Positions 20,973 to 30,673 of a stretch of DNA of 64,000 nucleotides are shown piece by piece. Made by a program: the position numbers and the translations under genes. Location: the NCBI GenBank assembly GCA_036479055.1, contig JAZGEZ010000026.1, positions 11,024-75,023 on the forward strand, given 5' to 3'. The stretch comes from Methylophilaceae bacterium (GTDB lineage: Bacteria > Pseudomonadota > Gammaproteobacteria > Burkholderiales > Methylophilaceae). Each line of letters starts with the position of its first letter. The first letter of the stretch is position 1. The notes under the pieces were generated by a model that ran no database searches, was not told the origin of the DNA, and was given only the letters and a program-made list of their open reading frames with translations.

Positions 20973-22612
20973 GCGACGGCTTCAAAACAAACCCAATCAT
21001 GGCTGCTATTAACGACCGCCCCAGCCAAGACTTCATGCTGCTCACCATCATGCATCGCTGCCTGATAGTAACTAGCCTGCTTGTATTGTTGTTGCGGCAC
21101 AATCACCCTCAGTTTTTCAGTATCATGAATAAACAAACCTGAAAACGCATCTGAATAGGTCAAATTCCCTGCACCATCATCTACGTAATACCCTTGAACA
21201 GTCTCTTGCGTATTGCTTTTTTGCCGCCGTGAAAGACTTGTTGCGGCAATGCTATTGGCCAATTTTTTCAGCCCAACACGGTGTGTGCCATTGCTACTCT
21301 TCTTAACGCTCTTAATTTCTGCTATGGCTATTCTGCTTTTGTCTCCAACTGCTGCGTAACCCACCAAAGTACCAGGCTGGATTGAAATGCCAATGTTTTT
21401 ACCTAATTCCACAGAGAAGCCACTATCGCTCTCTTCTAGCATAGTCCAGTTCTCAAGACCAAATACATTAAATTGGTTGCCTTGTGATCCTATTGATTCC
21501 TCCTGCGTTGTTAACCTTGAGTCTGAACCTTCATTTATTATTGCCGAAACAACCTGGCTAGCCTTAACTTGTAACGCTTGATTGAAAGAACAAATTCGGT
21601 CAACACCAAAACACACGCTCAACCTATTTTGTTTCGTATTTCTTTGATCTTTTCTACGTTGACGCTTATATCCCTTTTCGCACCAATCTACACGTAACTT
21701 TTTAAATAACCCGACGAGATCCTCAGCAGCAGCCATTGTAATTAGATTGAATTCTTCTAGCGGCTTTCCTGTATCTGCTGCGCATAAGTATGTTTCGATT
21801 AAATCAACAATCGTAGTTGTTTTCCAGTAACGAAAATCAGGATGCTGCTTGGTGCTACGCAGCCTTTGAGGCCGGTTTTCACCATCTAAATGTATAAAGA
21901 ATTGATATTGACCTTTCTGAAACGCTTCAGATAAGGTTGGATTGGAGGACCAAATCTTTAGCACTCTATCCGTCAGTTCGAATTGTAGTGGGGTATAGTT
22001 TTCTTTTTGCAACGTATCCAGCATAAAGCCACGCTCTAAAATGATGGCAAGGCTCGTCTCTTTCTTCTGAACGTCGTATAAAAACAATTTTTTATTCAAG
22101 ACTGATAGGTTTTCAGCTATTTCAATGACACGATGCACATTGCTCCATGTGCCCATAGACGCCGGCTGGTCGTCAAAGTAACGCCATTTTGACATCATAA
22201 ATATTGTGTTTAAATAACGCGCCAAAACAAGGCTGATCTTCTCTTCATTGAAATTCAACTTATTTTGATGCTGACAGTCCTCTACAATCAATGTATATAT
22301 CGACGATAACTGTCTAAGGTATGCATAGACAGCTGCCTCAATTGACGTTTTTACATTTTTATTGCTTTTCAACGCGTCTAAATAACCGTGCGTAATGCTT
22401 TGGATTTTCCGGTAAGCTTTCTCATCAATATCCAAGACTAGCTGAACCTTGCCTTTTAGGTTTTTGCCATCAAGAAAATCAACTCTTGAAAGTATCTCTT
22501 TATACTGAATCAACCCTTCTAACTCAGACATGTCAGAAAAATCATCACTACGATCAAGGCCTTGATGCCTATCATGACGATTAAAAACTTTGTGCATTAT
22601 GTTACTAAACAT
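20969..22612 (-). CDS. Hypothetical protein, paralog A: conserved unknown N-terminal domain plus PilZ-like module
   Basis: 547 aa. Shares many long identical blocks with the adjacent 556-aa ORF (roughly half the residues by eye). RRKDQR at residues 319-324 and EESDSG at 393-398 resemble the PilZ RRxxxR and (D/N)xSxxG motifs. Confidence 0.6.
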   Translation of the reverse strand: MFSNIMHKVFNRHDRHQGLDRSDDFSDMSELEGLIQYKEILSRVDFLDGKNLKGKVQLVLDIDEKAYRKIQSITHGYLDALKSNKNVKTSIEAAVYAYLRQLSSIYTLIVEDCQHQNKLNFNEEKISLVLARYLNTIFMMSKWRYFDDQPASMGTWSNVHRVIEIAENLSVLNKKLFLYDVQKKETSLAIILERGFMLDTLQKENYTPLQFELTDRVLKIWSSNPTLSEAFQKGQYQFFIHLDGENRPQRLRSTKQHPDFRYWKTTTIVDLIETYLCAADTGKPLEEFNLITMAAAEDLVGLFKKLRVDWCEKGYKRQRRKDQRNTKQNRLSVCFGVDRICSFNQALQVKASQVVSAIINEGSDSRLTTQEESIGSQGNQFNVFGLENWTMLEESDSGFSVELGKNIGISIQPGTLVGYAAVGDKSRIAIAEIKSVKKSSNGTHRVGLKKLANSIAATSLSRRQKSNTQETVQGYYVDDGAGNLTYSDAFSGLFIHDTEKLRVIVPQQQYKQASYYQAAMHDGEQHEVLAGAVVNSSHDWVCFEAVA

Positions 22613-22638
22613 ATCGCAAAACTTTCTCTAATAAATAA

Positions 22639-24309
22639 CTAATCACTCAAAACCGCTTCAAACATGATCCAATCATGATGTTTACCCACTACTTTTCCTG
22701 CAGTGATTTCATGATTGTCTCCATCAACATCCAAGTTATAGGTGCTTGTACGTTTAAATTTCTCACGTGGTAATAACAGCTTAGGCGTAAGCGTTGCATC
22801 GTTATCGATTAGCATACCCAAAATACCTTTTGAGTATGTTGTTTTCACTTCCCCGTCATCTAAAAAATAACCTTCAACGGGTTGAGACATAGACGCTTTC
22901 TCGACACTTGAAACTTCTATCGCTCTTACATTGTGAGATATTTTTTTAAATCCCGCTCTGTATGCACCATCTGCTAGCTTTCTAACACTTCTAATTTCCG
23001 CAACATTAAAACTTTTTTTATACCCCATTTCGCTATACCCAACTAACATGCCTGTTTCTACCCAGCTCGGTACTTCCCTTCCAAAATCTATAGCAAAACC
23101 ACTTTTACTTTCCTCTATCATCCATCTATTTTCGCTATCTGGCACACTTGCAACCTTTTCTAATACAGTCTCATCAATTTCATGTGTGGCCACATTCAAT
23201 TCAAAAGTAAAGCCACCATCATCAACCCTGGTTGAGCGCTGTTTTTCTTGCAAGTCTATTAAACGGTGATGGATTGCATCGATACCATAGCTGATGCTTA
23301 ACAAGCTATTTTTCTTCTTTCTTTCCTCACTTCTACGTTGACGTGAATAGCCTTCTACACACCAATCAACTCTTAACTTTTTAAATAATTTGACGACAAC
23401 TGATATAGGCGCTATTTTTTCTAAACCAAATTCTCTTAGTGGCTTTTGCATATCTACCGCACATAAATAGGCTTCCATTAAATCGATGAGGCGTGTCGTT
23501 CTCCAATAGCGACATTCCGTAAATTTTTGCTTCACGCGCAGCCTTTCAGGGCCTTTGCCATTACTTAATGCGATAAAGAAATGATAGCGATTTTCTTTAT
23601 AGGTATTAACTATTAAAGGATTCGTCGCCCATATTTTCAGCACACGATCCGTCAACTCAACTTCCAACTGACTATAATTACCTTTATGCAATGTATCGAC
23701 CATAAAGCCACGTTTTAATATTGCAGCTATGCTCGTCTCTTTAATTTGAAAATTATATAAAAATAAATTTTTATTCAAAACTGCTAATTCTTCAACAATT
23801 TTGATGACTTTATGTACATTGTCCCAAACGCCAAAGGTTGCTGGCTGATCGTCGAAGTAACGCCACTTAGTCATCATAAATGCTGCATTTAAATAGCGTG
23901 CTAAAAGGAGATTTACCTTATCTTCACTAAGCTTTAATTTCTTTTGCGCTTTAAATGCATCAAAAATTTTTGAATAGGCCAAATAAAGTTGTCTTTGATA
24001 TTCATAAGCAACTACATAGGTGTCCTGCTTAATGTTTTTATTATTTATTTTAATCAAGTAGTTATGGGTAACCCTCTTAACCTTACGATAGGAATCCTGG
24101 TCAAGATCAAGGACTATCTCAATTTTGTTTTTTAACCCTTTTAGATTAAGAAAGTTAATTTGTGCTATTTGGTCTTTCACTGCTATTAATGACTCAAGCT
24201 CCGTCATACCAGACAGCGTATCGAGCCAATCCAGGTTTTGAGTCGTATCTTGACTCTTAAGTGACTTTTGAACAGTAGTAAACACATTGCTTAACATCTT
24301 TTTTTCCAA
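22639..24309 (-). CDS. Hypothetical protein, paralog B: conserved unknown N-terminal domain plus PilZ-like module
   Basis: 556 aa. Has the RRSEER and EESKSG motifs. It shares the blocks LARYLN..FMM.KWRYFDDQPA, ELTDRVLKIW, LFKKLRVDWC and DW..FEAV with paralog A. The gap to paralog A is 26 bp. Confidence 0.6.
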   Translation of the reverse strand: MEKKMLSNVFTTVQKSLKSQDTTQNLDWLDTLSGMTELESLIAVKDQIAQINFLNLKGLKNKIEIVLDLDQDSYRKVKRVTHNYLIKINNKNIKQDTYVVAYEYQRQLYLAYSKIFDAFKAQKKLKLSEDKVNLLLARYLNAAFMMTKWRYFDDQPATFGVWDNVHKVIKIVEELAVLNKNLFLYNFQIKETSIAAILKRGFMVDTLHKGNYSQLEVELTDRVLKIWATNPLIVNTYKENRYHFFIALSNGKGPERLRVKQKFTECRYWRTTRLIDLMEAYLCAVDMQKPLREFGLEKIAPISVVVKLFKKLRVDWCVEGYSRQRRSEERKKKNSLLSISYGIDAIHHRLIDLQEKQRSTRVDDGGFTFELNVATHEIDETVLEKVASVPDSENRWMIEESKSGFAIDFGREVPSWVETGMLVGYSEMGYKKSFNVAEIRSVRKLADGAYRAGFKKISHNVRAIEVSSVEKASMSQPVEGYFLDDGEVKTTYSKGILGMLIDNDATLTPKLLLPREKFKRTSTYNLDVDGDNHEITAGKVVGKHHDWIMFEAVLSD

Positions 24310-24423
24310 AATTATCTTCAGTTATAGGTACAAAAGCAATTCTCATGCCAGCTATGATTTGATTATTATTTTACGTATTGAATACTTGAATAAAAAATCC
24401 TGACTGCTGTTAAAATACGCACT

Positions 24424-25023
24424 ATGTTTACAGGTCTCGTTCAAGCGATTGGTCAAATTGAAAGCATTCAAGCTTCTAAAGGTGATATTACAATTAGCAT
24501 TAATACTATGCATTTAGGTTTAGCAGATGTAGGCGTTGGGGATAGCATCGCCGTCAACGGCGTTTGCTTAACAGCAACAAAAGTCAGCCCCACGCATTTA
24601 AAAGCGGACGTATCCAAGGAAACGCTAAATGTCACCACTGGCTTAGATAAAAAAAACCAAGTCAATTTAGAAAAAGCATTAAGTCTTAATGACAAGCTAG
24701 GCGGTCATTTAGTCAGCGGCCATGTGGATGGCGTGGGAGAAGTCATACAATTCGAGCGCACAAATGATTGCTGGCTACTTGCCATCAATGCGCCACATGA
24801 AATTTCAAAATACATAGCGCGTAAAGGCTCGATTTGCGTAAGCGGCGTCAGCTTAACCGTCAATACAATCGAAAAAGATGTATTCACCACGAACATTATC
24901 CCGCACACAATAGAAAAAACCACGCTTGGCAAACTCAAAGTGGGCAATCAAGTTAATTTAGAAATCGATCAAATTGCCCGCTATATTGAGCGCATGCAGC
25001 AATGGGAAAATGAAAGCACATAA
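24424..25023 (+). CDS. ribE: Riboflavin synthase (alpha chain)
   Basis: MFTGLVQAIG N-terminus and an internal duplication (GDSIAVNGVCLT / GSICVSGVSLT). Confidence 0.9.
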   Translation: MFTGLVQAIGQIESIQASKGDITISINTMHLGLADVGVGDSIAVNGVCLTATKVSPTHLKADVSKETLNVTTGLDKKNQVNLEKALSLNDKLGGHLVSGHVDGVGEVIQFERTNDCWLLAINAPHEISKYIARKGSICVSGVSLTVNTIEKDVFTTNIIPHTIEKTTLGKLKVGNQVNLEIDQIARYIERMQQWENEST

Positions 25024-26124
25024 ATGTCATCAACAAAAATCAGCTCTATTTCAGAAATTATTGCCGATATTAAAAACGGTAAGATGGTTATTTTGGTGGA
25101 TGATGAAAGCCGTGAGAATGAAGGCGACTTTGTGATTGCCGCTGAATTTGCCACTGCCGAAAATATCAACTTTATGGCAAAATATGGGCGCGGCTTAATT
25201 TGCTTAACGCTTGATGAGGCAAAATGCAAGCAGCTTAAACTGCCGCCAATGGTCGATAACAACGGCGCCCGCCTCGGCACAAACTTCACCGTTTCAATTG
25301 AAGCTTCAAGCGGCGTAACGACAGGCATCTCCGCCGCAGACCGTGCAACAACCATTCAAGCAGCCGTCGCTAAAGACGCCAATGCAAAAAGTATTGTCAG
25401 CCCTGGCCACGTATTTCCACTTAAAGTAATGAACGGTGGTGTACTCGTTCGAGCAGGCCACACTGAGGCAGGGTCTGATTTAGCTGCGCTAGCTGGTTTA
25501 GACCCTTCCAGCGTAATATGTGAAATCTTAAAAGACGATGGGGAAATGGCACGTTTACCAGACTTAGTTGAGATTGCCGCACAACATCAAATTAAAATTG
25601 GCACCATAGCCGATTTAATTCATTACCGTAGTAAAAATGAAAAACTGATTGAACGCGCAGTAGAGCGTGAGATATCAACACCTTTCGGCAAAATGCATTT
25701 AGTCGCTTATCGCGATAAGATTTCAAAAGAAACCCATTTAGCCATTATTAAAGGTCAACCAAGTAGCGATAAAGCAACATTGGTACGTGTACACGAGCCT
25801 CTATCAGTATTTGACTTACTGGATAGTAGTAGCTTAACGCACAGCTGGAGCACGCTAGCTGCAATGGAAAGAATTTCTAAAGCCGAATGCGGTGTGATGG
25901 TGCTGCTTTATCATGGCGAATCAAACACCGACTTAATTGAACGAATCAAAAATGCAGATGAACCAATACGTTACAACCAAGAACTACGGACGTATGGTAT
26001 TGGCTCACAAATCTTGCTGGATCTAGGTGTACGCAAAATGGAATTAATGGCAGCGCCACGCAAAATGCCAAGTATGGACGGGTTTGGTTTAGAGGTCACA
26101 GGTTATATTGAAGCTGAAAAATAG
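25024..26124 (+). CDS. ribB: 3,4-dihydroxy-2-butanone-4-phosphate synthase fused to a degenerate GTP cyclohydrolase II-like domain (RibBX type)
   Basis: The DHBP synthase blocks DDESRENEGDF and GHTEAGSDLA are present. The C-terminal half aligns to RibA, but the zinc-ligand Cys residues are absent (RVHEPLSVFDLL where RVHSECLTGD would be expected). Confidence 0.85.
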   Translation: MSSTKISSISEIIADIKNGKMVILVDDESRENEGDFVIAAEFATAENINFMAKYGRGLICLTLDEAKCKQLKLPPMVDNNGARLGTNFTVSIEASSGVTTGISAADRATTIQAAVAKDANAKSIVSPGHVFPLKVMNGGVLVRAGHTEAGSDLAALAGLDPSSVICEILKDDGEMARLPDLVEIAAQHQIKIGTIADLIHYRSKNEKLIERAVEREISTPFGKMHLVAYRDKISKETHLAIIKGQPSSDKATLVRVHEPLSVFDLLDSSSLTHSWSTLAAMERISKAECGVMVLLYHGESNTDLIERIKNADEPIRYNQELRTYGIGSQILLDLGVRKMELMAAPRKMPSMDGFGLEVTGYIEAEK

Positions 26125-26194
26125 TGCCCGCATCAAACTAACATCACTCAATCTAACACCATGATTGCTTTATGATTATTGAAAATGTGTTAAG

Positions 26195-26782
26195 ATGCAG
26201 ACATTGGAAAATTTAAATCTTACAGGTCAGTTTCTCATTGCAATGCCTAGCATGACAGACCCACATTTTTCCGAAACAATCACCTTTATTTGTACGCATA
26301 ACGAAGATGGCGTCATGGGCATCATCTTAAATAGGCCTTCCGAATATAATATTGCCAGCTTATTTGAGCAGGTAAAATTAGAGCCGCTAGCCTCGCCGCT
26401 CCTACAAGACGATCTCTATATCGGCGGCCCCGTCCAGCAAGATCGTGGGTTTATCTTACATATACCTACAAATAAAGAATACGACTCAACGATTGCCATT
26501 AATGGCTCCATGGCATTAACCACATCTAAAGACATTCTGGAGGCTGCTGCTAACAATCAAGCGCCTGAAAAAATGCTGATTGCCTTAGGCTATGCTGGTT
26601 GGTCAGCTGGACAATTAGAAGAAGAAATGGGGCTAAATGCTTGGCTCAACTTAGAAACGCCTGAAAAAAAAGCACTGCACCACCTCATCTTTGATGAACC
26701 GGTTGAAAACAAGTTCAATCTTGCCATGAGCATGATGGGCTTGAATTTAAGTAACTTATCTGACATCGCAGGACATGCTTAA
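26195..26782 (+). CDS. yqgE: YqgE/AlgH family protein
   Basis: FLIAMPSMTDPHFSETITFICTHNEDGVMGIILNRP signature. Confidence 0.85.
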   Translation: MQTLENLNLTGQFLIAMPSMTDPHFSETITFICTHNEDGVMGIILNRPSEYNIASLFEQVKLEPLASPLLQDDLYIGGPVQQDRGFILHIPTNKEYDSTIAINGSMALTTSKDILEAAANNQAPEKMLIALGYAGWSAGQLEEEMGLNAWLNLETPEKKALHHLIFDEPVENKFNLAMSMMGLNLSNLSDIAGHA

Positions 26783-27252
26783 TGCTAGCGCAGAGCCACT
26801 TACCAATACTTGAACGTAGCTACCCTGACATCACAGGGACTGTACTCTCATTTGATTTTGGTGAGAAGCGCATAGGTATTGCGGTTGGCGAAACCATGAT
26901 TAAAACAGCGCATGCACTCACCATGATAGATTCTGAAGTGAACGATACGCGCTTCTCAGAAATTGCTGAGCTAATAAAAGAATGGACGCCGAGGCTGCTC
27001 ATTGTTGGCTTACCAACTTACCTAGATGGAAACGAACATCAGCTAACCCATCTCGCGAAAAAGTTTGCTCAACGCCTAGAAGGTCGGTTTGATTTGCCGG
27101 TTATGATGATGGATGAACGTTTAAGCTCAGTTGAAGCAGCACAACATTTAACTAAAGCAGGTATAAAAGGGCGCGAACAAAAAGCATTAATTGATGCGGT
27201 AGCAGCCCAAGTCATATTACAATCTTACTTCGATCGCTTACAAACAACATAA
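26782..27252 (+). CDS. ruvX: Holliday junction resolvase-like / pre-16S rRNA nuclease YqgF
   Basis: LSFDFGEKRIGIAVGE motif. TAATG overlap with yqgE. Confidence 0.9.
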   Translation: MLAQSHLPILERSYPDITGTVLSFDFGEKRIGIAVGETMIKTAHALTMIDSEVNDTRFSEIAELIKEWTPRLLIVGLPTYLDGNEHQLTHLAKKFAQRLEGRFDLPVMMMDERLSSVEAAQHLTKAGIKGREQKALIDAVAAQVILQSYFDRLQTT

Positions 27253-27768
27253 ATGATGCAACTACCAGACTCAGAAGCCTTATTAAATGAAATAACCGCT
27301 AAGATAGCCGCCCTGATAAAGCCTAATAGCGTTATTGTTGGCATTCATAGGGGTGGCGTCTGGATAATGGAGCATGTGCTAGCTAATCTTAAACAGGATA
27401 TCCCATACGGCACATTGGATGCTGCCTTATATCGAGATGACTTTGCACAGCGCGGTTTAAAAACGGAGCTACAACCGACCAACATCCCATTCGATGTGCA
27501 AGATAAGCACATTATATTGATAGATGATATTTTCCATACTGGCCGCACAACGCGCGCCGCAATCAATGAGCTGTTTGATTATGGTAGGCCGGCTAGCATT
27601 ACATTAGCTGTACTCATCAATCGTGATGGTGCACAGCTCCCTATCCAGCCACAAATTGTCGGCGCCGCCATTCCACTTAAACCTAATCAACGCTTCCAGC
27701 TTTCACAAGACTCGCAAGGCAAGCTAAAGCTTGCTTTAGAAAAAAAACAGGATACTAGCGATGTATAA
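27253..27768 (+). CDS. pyrR: Pyr operon regulator / uracil phosphoribosyltransferase PyrR
   Basis: PRT motif [13 protein letters not shown]. Lies directly upstream of pyrB. Confidence 0.85.
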   Translation: MMQLPDSEALLNEITAKIAALIKPNSVIVGIHRGGVWIMEHVLANLKQDIPYGTLDAALYRDDFAQRGLKTELQPTNIPFDVQDKHIILIDDIFHTGRTTRAAINELFDYGRPASITLAVLINRDGAQLPIQPQIVGAAIPLKPNQRFQLSQDSQGKLKLALEKKQDTSDV

Positions 27769-28714
27769 CCCACAATTGACCAGTGAAGGCGCACTCAAAC
27801 ACCTGCTCAGCATTGAAGGCCTGCCTAAAAAGAACCTATTACAGATTTTAGATACCGCAGAATCTTTTGTAGGTGTCGCTGAGCGTGATGTGAAAAAAGT
27901 TCCTTTACTAAGAGGGAAGACAGTCTGTAACATTTTTTTTGAAAATAGCACCCGCACCCGTACCACATTCGAAATTGCTGCCAAACGCTTATCTGCAGAT
28001 GTCATTAACCTTAACGTGAACACCTCGTCACAATCTAAAGGTGAGGCCATTTTAGATACCATCAACAACTTGATTGCAATGCATACCGATATGTTCGTCG
28101 TTAGGCACAGCCAGAGCGGCGCTGCACATTTGATTGCACAGCATCTGCCCGATAACATCAGCGTGGTAAATGCTGGGGATGGCCGCCACTCTCATCCAAC
28201 ACAAGGGCTCTTAGACGTGTTTACCATCCGCCGTTACAAACCGGAGATGCATAACCTCCGTGTCGCACTCGTCGGTGACGTTCTGCACTCACGTGTTGCG
28301 CGCAGCGAAATACATGCGCTCACCACATTAGGCGTGCCAGAAGTTCGCGTGATTGCACCCAAAACATTATTACCTAACGAAGTTGAGAAGCTAGGTGTAC
28401 AGGTATTCCACGATATGAAAACCGGGCTCAAAGATGTCGATGTCGTGATGATGCTGCGCTTACAAAACGAACGAATGACTGGTGCTATGTTACCGAGTGC
28501 ACAAGAGTATTTCAAAACCTACGGTCTGACGCCAGAAAAACTTAGTGTAGCAAAGCCTGATGCCATCGTGATGCATCCGGGACCAATGAACAGAGGCGTC
28601 GAGATTGACTCACGTGTGGCAGATGGAAAACAAGCTGTCATCCTGCCGCAGGTCACTTATGGCATTGCAGTTAGGATGGCCGTTATGGCTATTCTTGCGG
28701 GGGGGACGGCATGA
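27761..28714 (+). CDS. pyrB: Aspartate carbamoyltransferase catalytic subunit
   Basis: [11 protein letters not shown] and HPGPMNRG motifs. 317 aa. Confidence 0.95.
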   Translation: MYNPQLTSEGALKHLLSIEGLPKKNLLQILDTAESFVGVAERDVKKVPLLRGKTVCNIFFENSTRTRTTFEIAAKRLSADVINLNVNTSSQSKGEAILDTINNLIAMHTDMFVVRHSQSGAAHLIAQHLPDNISVVNAGDGRHSHPTQGLLDVFTIRRYKPEMHNLRVALVGDVLHSRVARSEIHALTTLGVPEVRVIAPKTLLPNEVEKLGVQVFHDMKTGLKDVDVVMMLRLQNERMTGAMLPSAQEYFKTYGLTPEKLSVAKPDAIVMHPGPMNRGVEIDSRVADGKQAVILPQVTYGIAVRMAVMAILAGGTA

Positions 28715-29994
28715 AAGTACTGATTAAAAATGGGCATGTTATCGACCCAAAAAACAATATAGATGCCAAGCAGGATATTTATATTGCGGCAGGAGAAATT
28801 GTTGCTGTCGGCAAACCGCCCAAAGACTTTTCTCCCAATCAGACTATTAATGCAAAAGGGATGGTTGTTACACCTGGGTTTGTCGATTTAAGTGCAAGGT
28901 TGCGCGAACCAGGCGATGAATACAAAGCCACACTGGAGAGTGAATTACACGCGGCCGCGGCAGGCGGCATCACCAGCTTAGCGTGCCCGCCTGACACAGA
29001 TCCAATACTGGATGAGCCGGGCTTGATTGAGATGCTAAAACAGCGTGCTAGAAAGCATAATTTAGCGCGTATCTACCCACTCGGCGCACTCACTCAAAAG
29101 CTAGAGGGCAAAGCGCTCACTGAAATGTGCCAGTTATCTGAAGCTGGTTGCGCTGGTTTCACGCAAGCAGATAAATCGATTATAGATACACAAGTGCTGT
29201 GGCGCGCTTTTGAATATGCCGCCACTTTTGGCTATACCATATTCTTACGGCCTGAAGAGCCTTTCCTAGCAAAAAATGGTGTTGCTCACGATGGTGAGCT
29301 AGCTGGAAGACTAGGCCTAAAAGGAATACCTAGTGCGGCAGAATCCTTAATGATAGCCACCATCTTGCGGATTGCTACTGAGACAGAAACCAACATTCAC
29401 TTTTGTCGATTATCCACAGCAGAAGGCGTGGAACTGATTAGAAACGCTAAAAACAATGGCGTTGCTGTTAGTGCAGATGTCAGCGCACATCATTTACACC
29501 TAACAGAACATGACATTGCTTACTTTAATACACACGCACATATCAAACCCCCATTACGCACCATACGAGACAGAGAAGCATTGTGTCGTGGCGTTGCAGA
29601 TGGAACAATAGATGCCATATGTTCAGACCACACCCCTGTCGATGATGATGCAAAGCTCGTCCCATTCGCAGAGGCTGAAGCAGGGGCAACAGGTTTAGAG
29701 TTATTGCTACCATTAACACTTAAGTGGGCAAACAATAATCAATCTTCCTTAGCCGATGCCATCTCTAGAATCACCATTCACCCAGCCAATATATTGGGAA
29801 TCAAGAGCGGCCACCTTAGTTTAGGAGCCAATGCTGATATTGCTATATTCGATCCCGAAGCAGCTTGGCAAGTAAGTGCCGACAACCTAAAAAGCCAAGG
29901 AAAAAATACCCCATTTTTAAATACGGAAATGATCGGAAAAGTGCACTACACACTGTTGAACGGTCATATCACTTACCAGAACAAAACAGATTAA
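28711..29994 (+). CDS. Dihydroorotase-like protein, probably the non-catalytic PyrC' partner of PyrB
   Basis: 427-aa amidohydrolase fold with an ATGA overlap onto pyrB. The N-terminal metal-binding D-x-H-x-H is replaced by [10 protein letters not shown]. Confidence 0.8.
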   Translation: MKVLIKNGHVIDPKNNIDAKQDIYIAAGEIVAVGKPPKDFSPNQTINAKGMVVTPGFVDLSARLREPGDEYKATLESELHAAAAGGITSLACPPDTDPILDEPGLIEMLKQRARKHNLARIYPLGALTQKLEGKALTEMCQLSEAGCAGFTQADKSIIDTQVLWRAFEYAATFGYTIFLRPEEPFLAKNGVAHDGELAGRLGLKGIPSAAESLMIATILRIATETETNIHFCRLSTAEGVELIRNAKNNGVAVSADVSAHHLHLTEHDIAYFNTHAHIKPPLRTIRDREALCRGVADGTIDAICSDHTPVDDDAKLVPFAEAEAGATGLELLLPLTLKWANNNQSSLADAISRITIHPANILGIKSGHLSLGANADIAIFDPEAAWQVSADNLKSQGKNTPFLNTEMIGKVHYTLLNGHITYQNKTD

Positions 29995-30111
29995 GATTTG
30001 GTAAAATCATCAGCGATTAAGCTCGTTAACTTAGCAAGTTGGGCTTGACTCAATAATAAAAGACAGTAATAGTGTCACTTTGGGATTTTATTCATTCTAT
30101 TGGGAGTAATA

Positions 30112-30657
30112 ATGAGTTCTTTCGGATGTTGTTTTTGGTGGTTCTTGCTCGGTGCATTTCTGGGTTGGTTTCTAAACTATTTACTTTGCAAACGTTGCAG
30201 AAATAAAACACAGGAAACGGTCAGTCACTATGCGCCTCCACCTGCTCCAGCAGCCAAAGTGGCTGATGTCCCAGCCGTAAGTGCTCCGGTACGTGCGCCC
30301 GCACCAACCAAAGCAAAACCTAAGGCAAAACCTAAAGCACCCGCTAAAAAAACAGCTATTGATTTGAAAGCAGCTAGAGCAGCAGGCATTAAAATTAAAA
30401 GTGCTGATGATTTAACTGTCATCGAGGGTGTCGGACCAAAAATTAATGAATTATTTAAAAATAGCGGTCTTAAAACTTTTGCGCAAGTTTCTACAGCGCC
30501 TGTTTCTAGAATGCGTGGCATTTTAGATAAAGGTGGTGCTCGTTTCCGCATTGCAAATCCTAGTACTTGGGCTAAACAAGCCAAGCTTGCTACTAACAAC
30601 CAATGGAAAGAACTCAAGAAATTGCAAGACGATCTTTCTGGCGGTATTAAAAAATAA
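30112..30657 (+). CDS. Membrane-anchored protein with a Pro/Ala/Lys-rich linker and a C-terminal H3TH/helix-hairpin-helix domain (COG3743-like)
   Basis: I chose the ATG at 30112, which is preceded by GGGAG. It has a Cys-rich TM N-terminus, the linker APPPAPAAK...KAKPKAKPKAPAKK, and the block DDLTVIEGVGPKINELFKNSGLKTFAQV ... NPSTWAKQAKLA. Confidence 0.55.
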   Translation: MSSFGCCFWWFLLGAFLGWFLNYLLCKRCRNKTQETVSHYAPPPAPAAKVADVPAVSAPVRAPAPTKAKPKAKPKAPAKKTAIDLKAARAAGIKIKSADDLTVIEGVGPKINELFKNSGLKTFAQVSTAPVSRMRGILDKGGARFRIANPSTWAKQAKLATNNQWKELKKLQDDLSGGIKK

Positions 30658-30673
30658 TTAAAGGTGATTAGAT

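Noticed and set aside
24310-24423. Possible FMN riboswitch upstream of ribE
   Set aside because: Only 114 nt are available. It is AT-rich, and none of the conserved RFN core segments or stems are visible.
20892-24423. Calling the PilZ-like paralog pair a horizontally acquired island
   Set aside because: The region looks AT-richer by eye, but I did not compute composition. There are no flanking direct repeats, tRNA, integrase or other mobility genes. The 12-bp duplication at 20949 has no partner at the other end.
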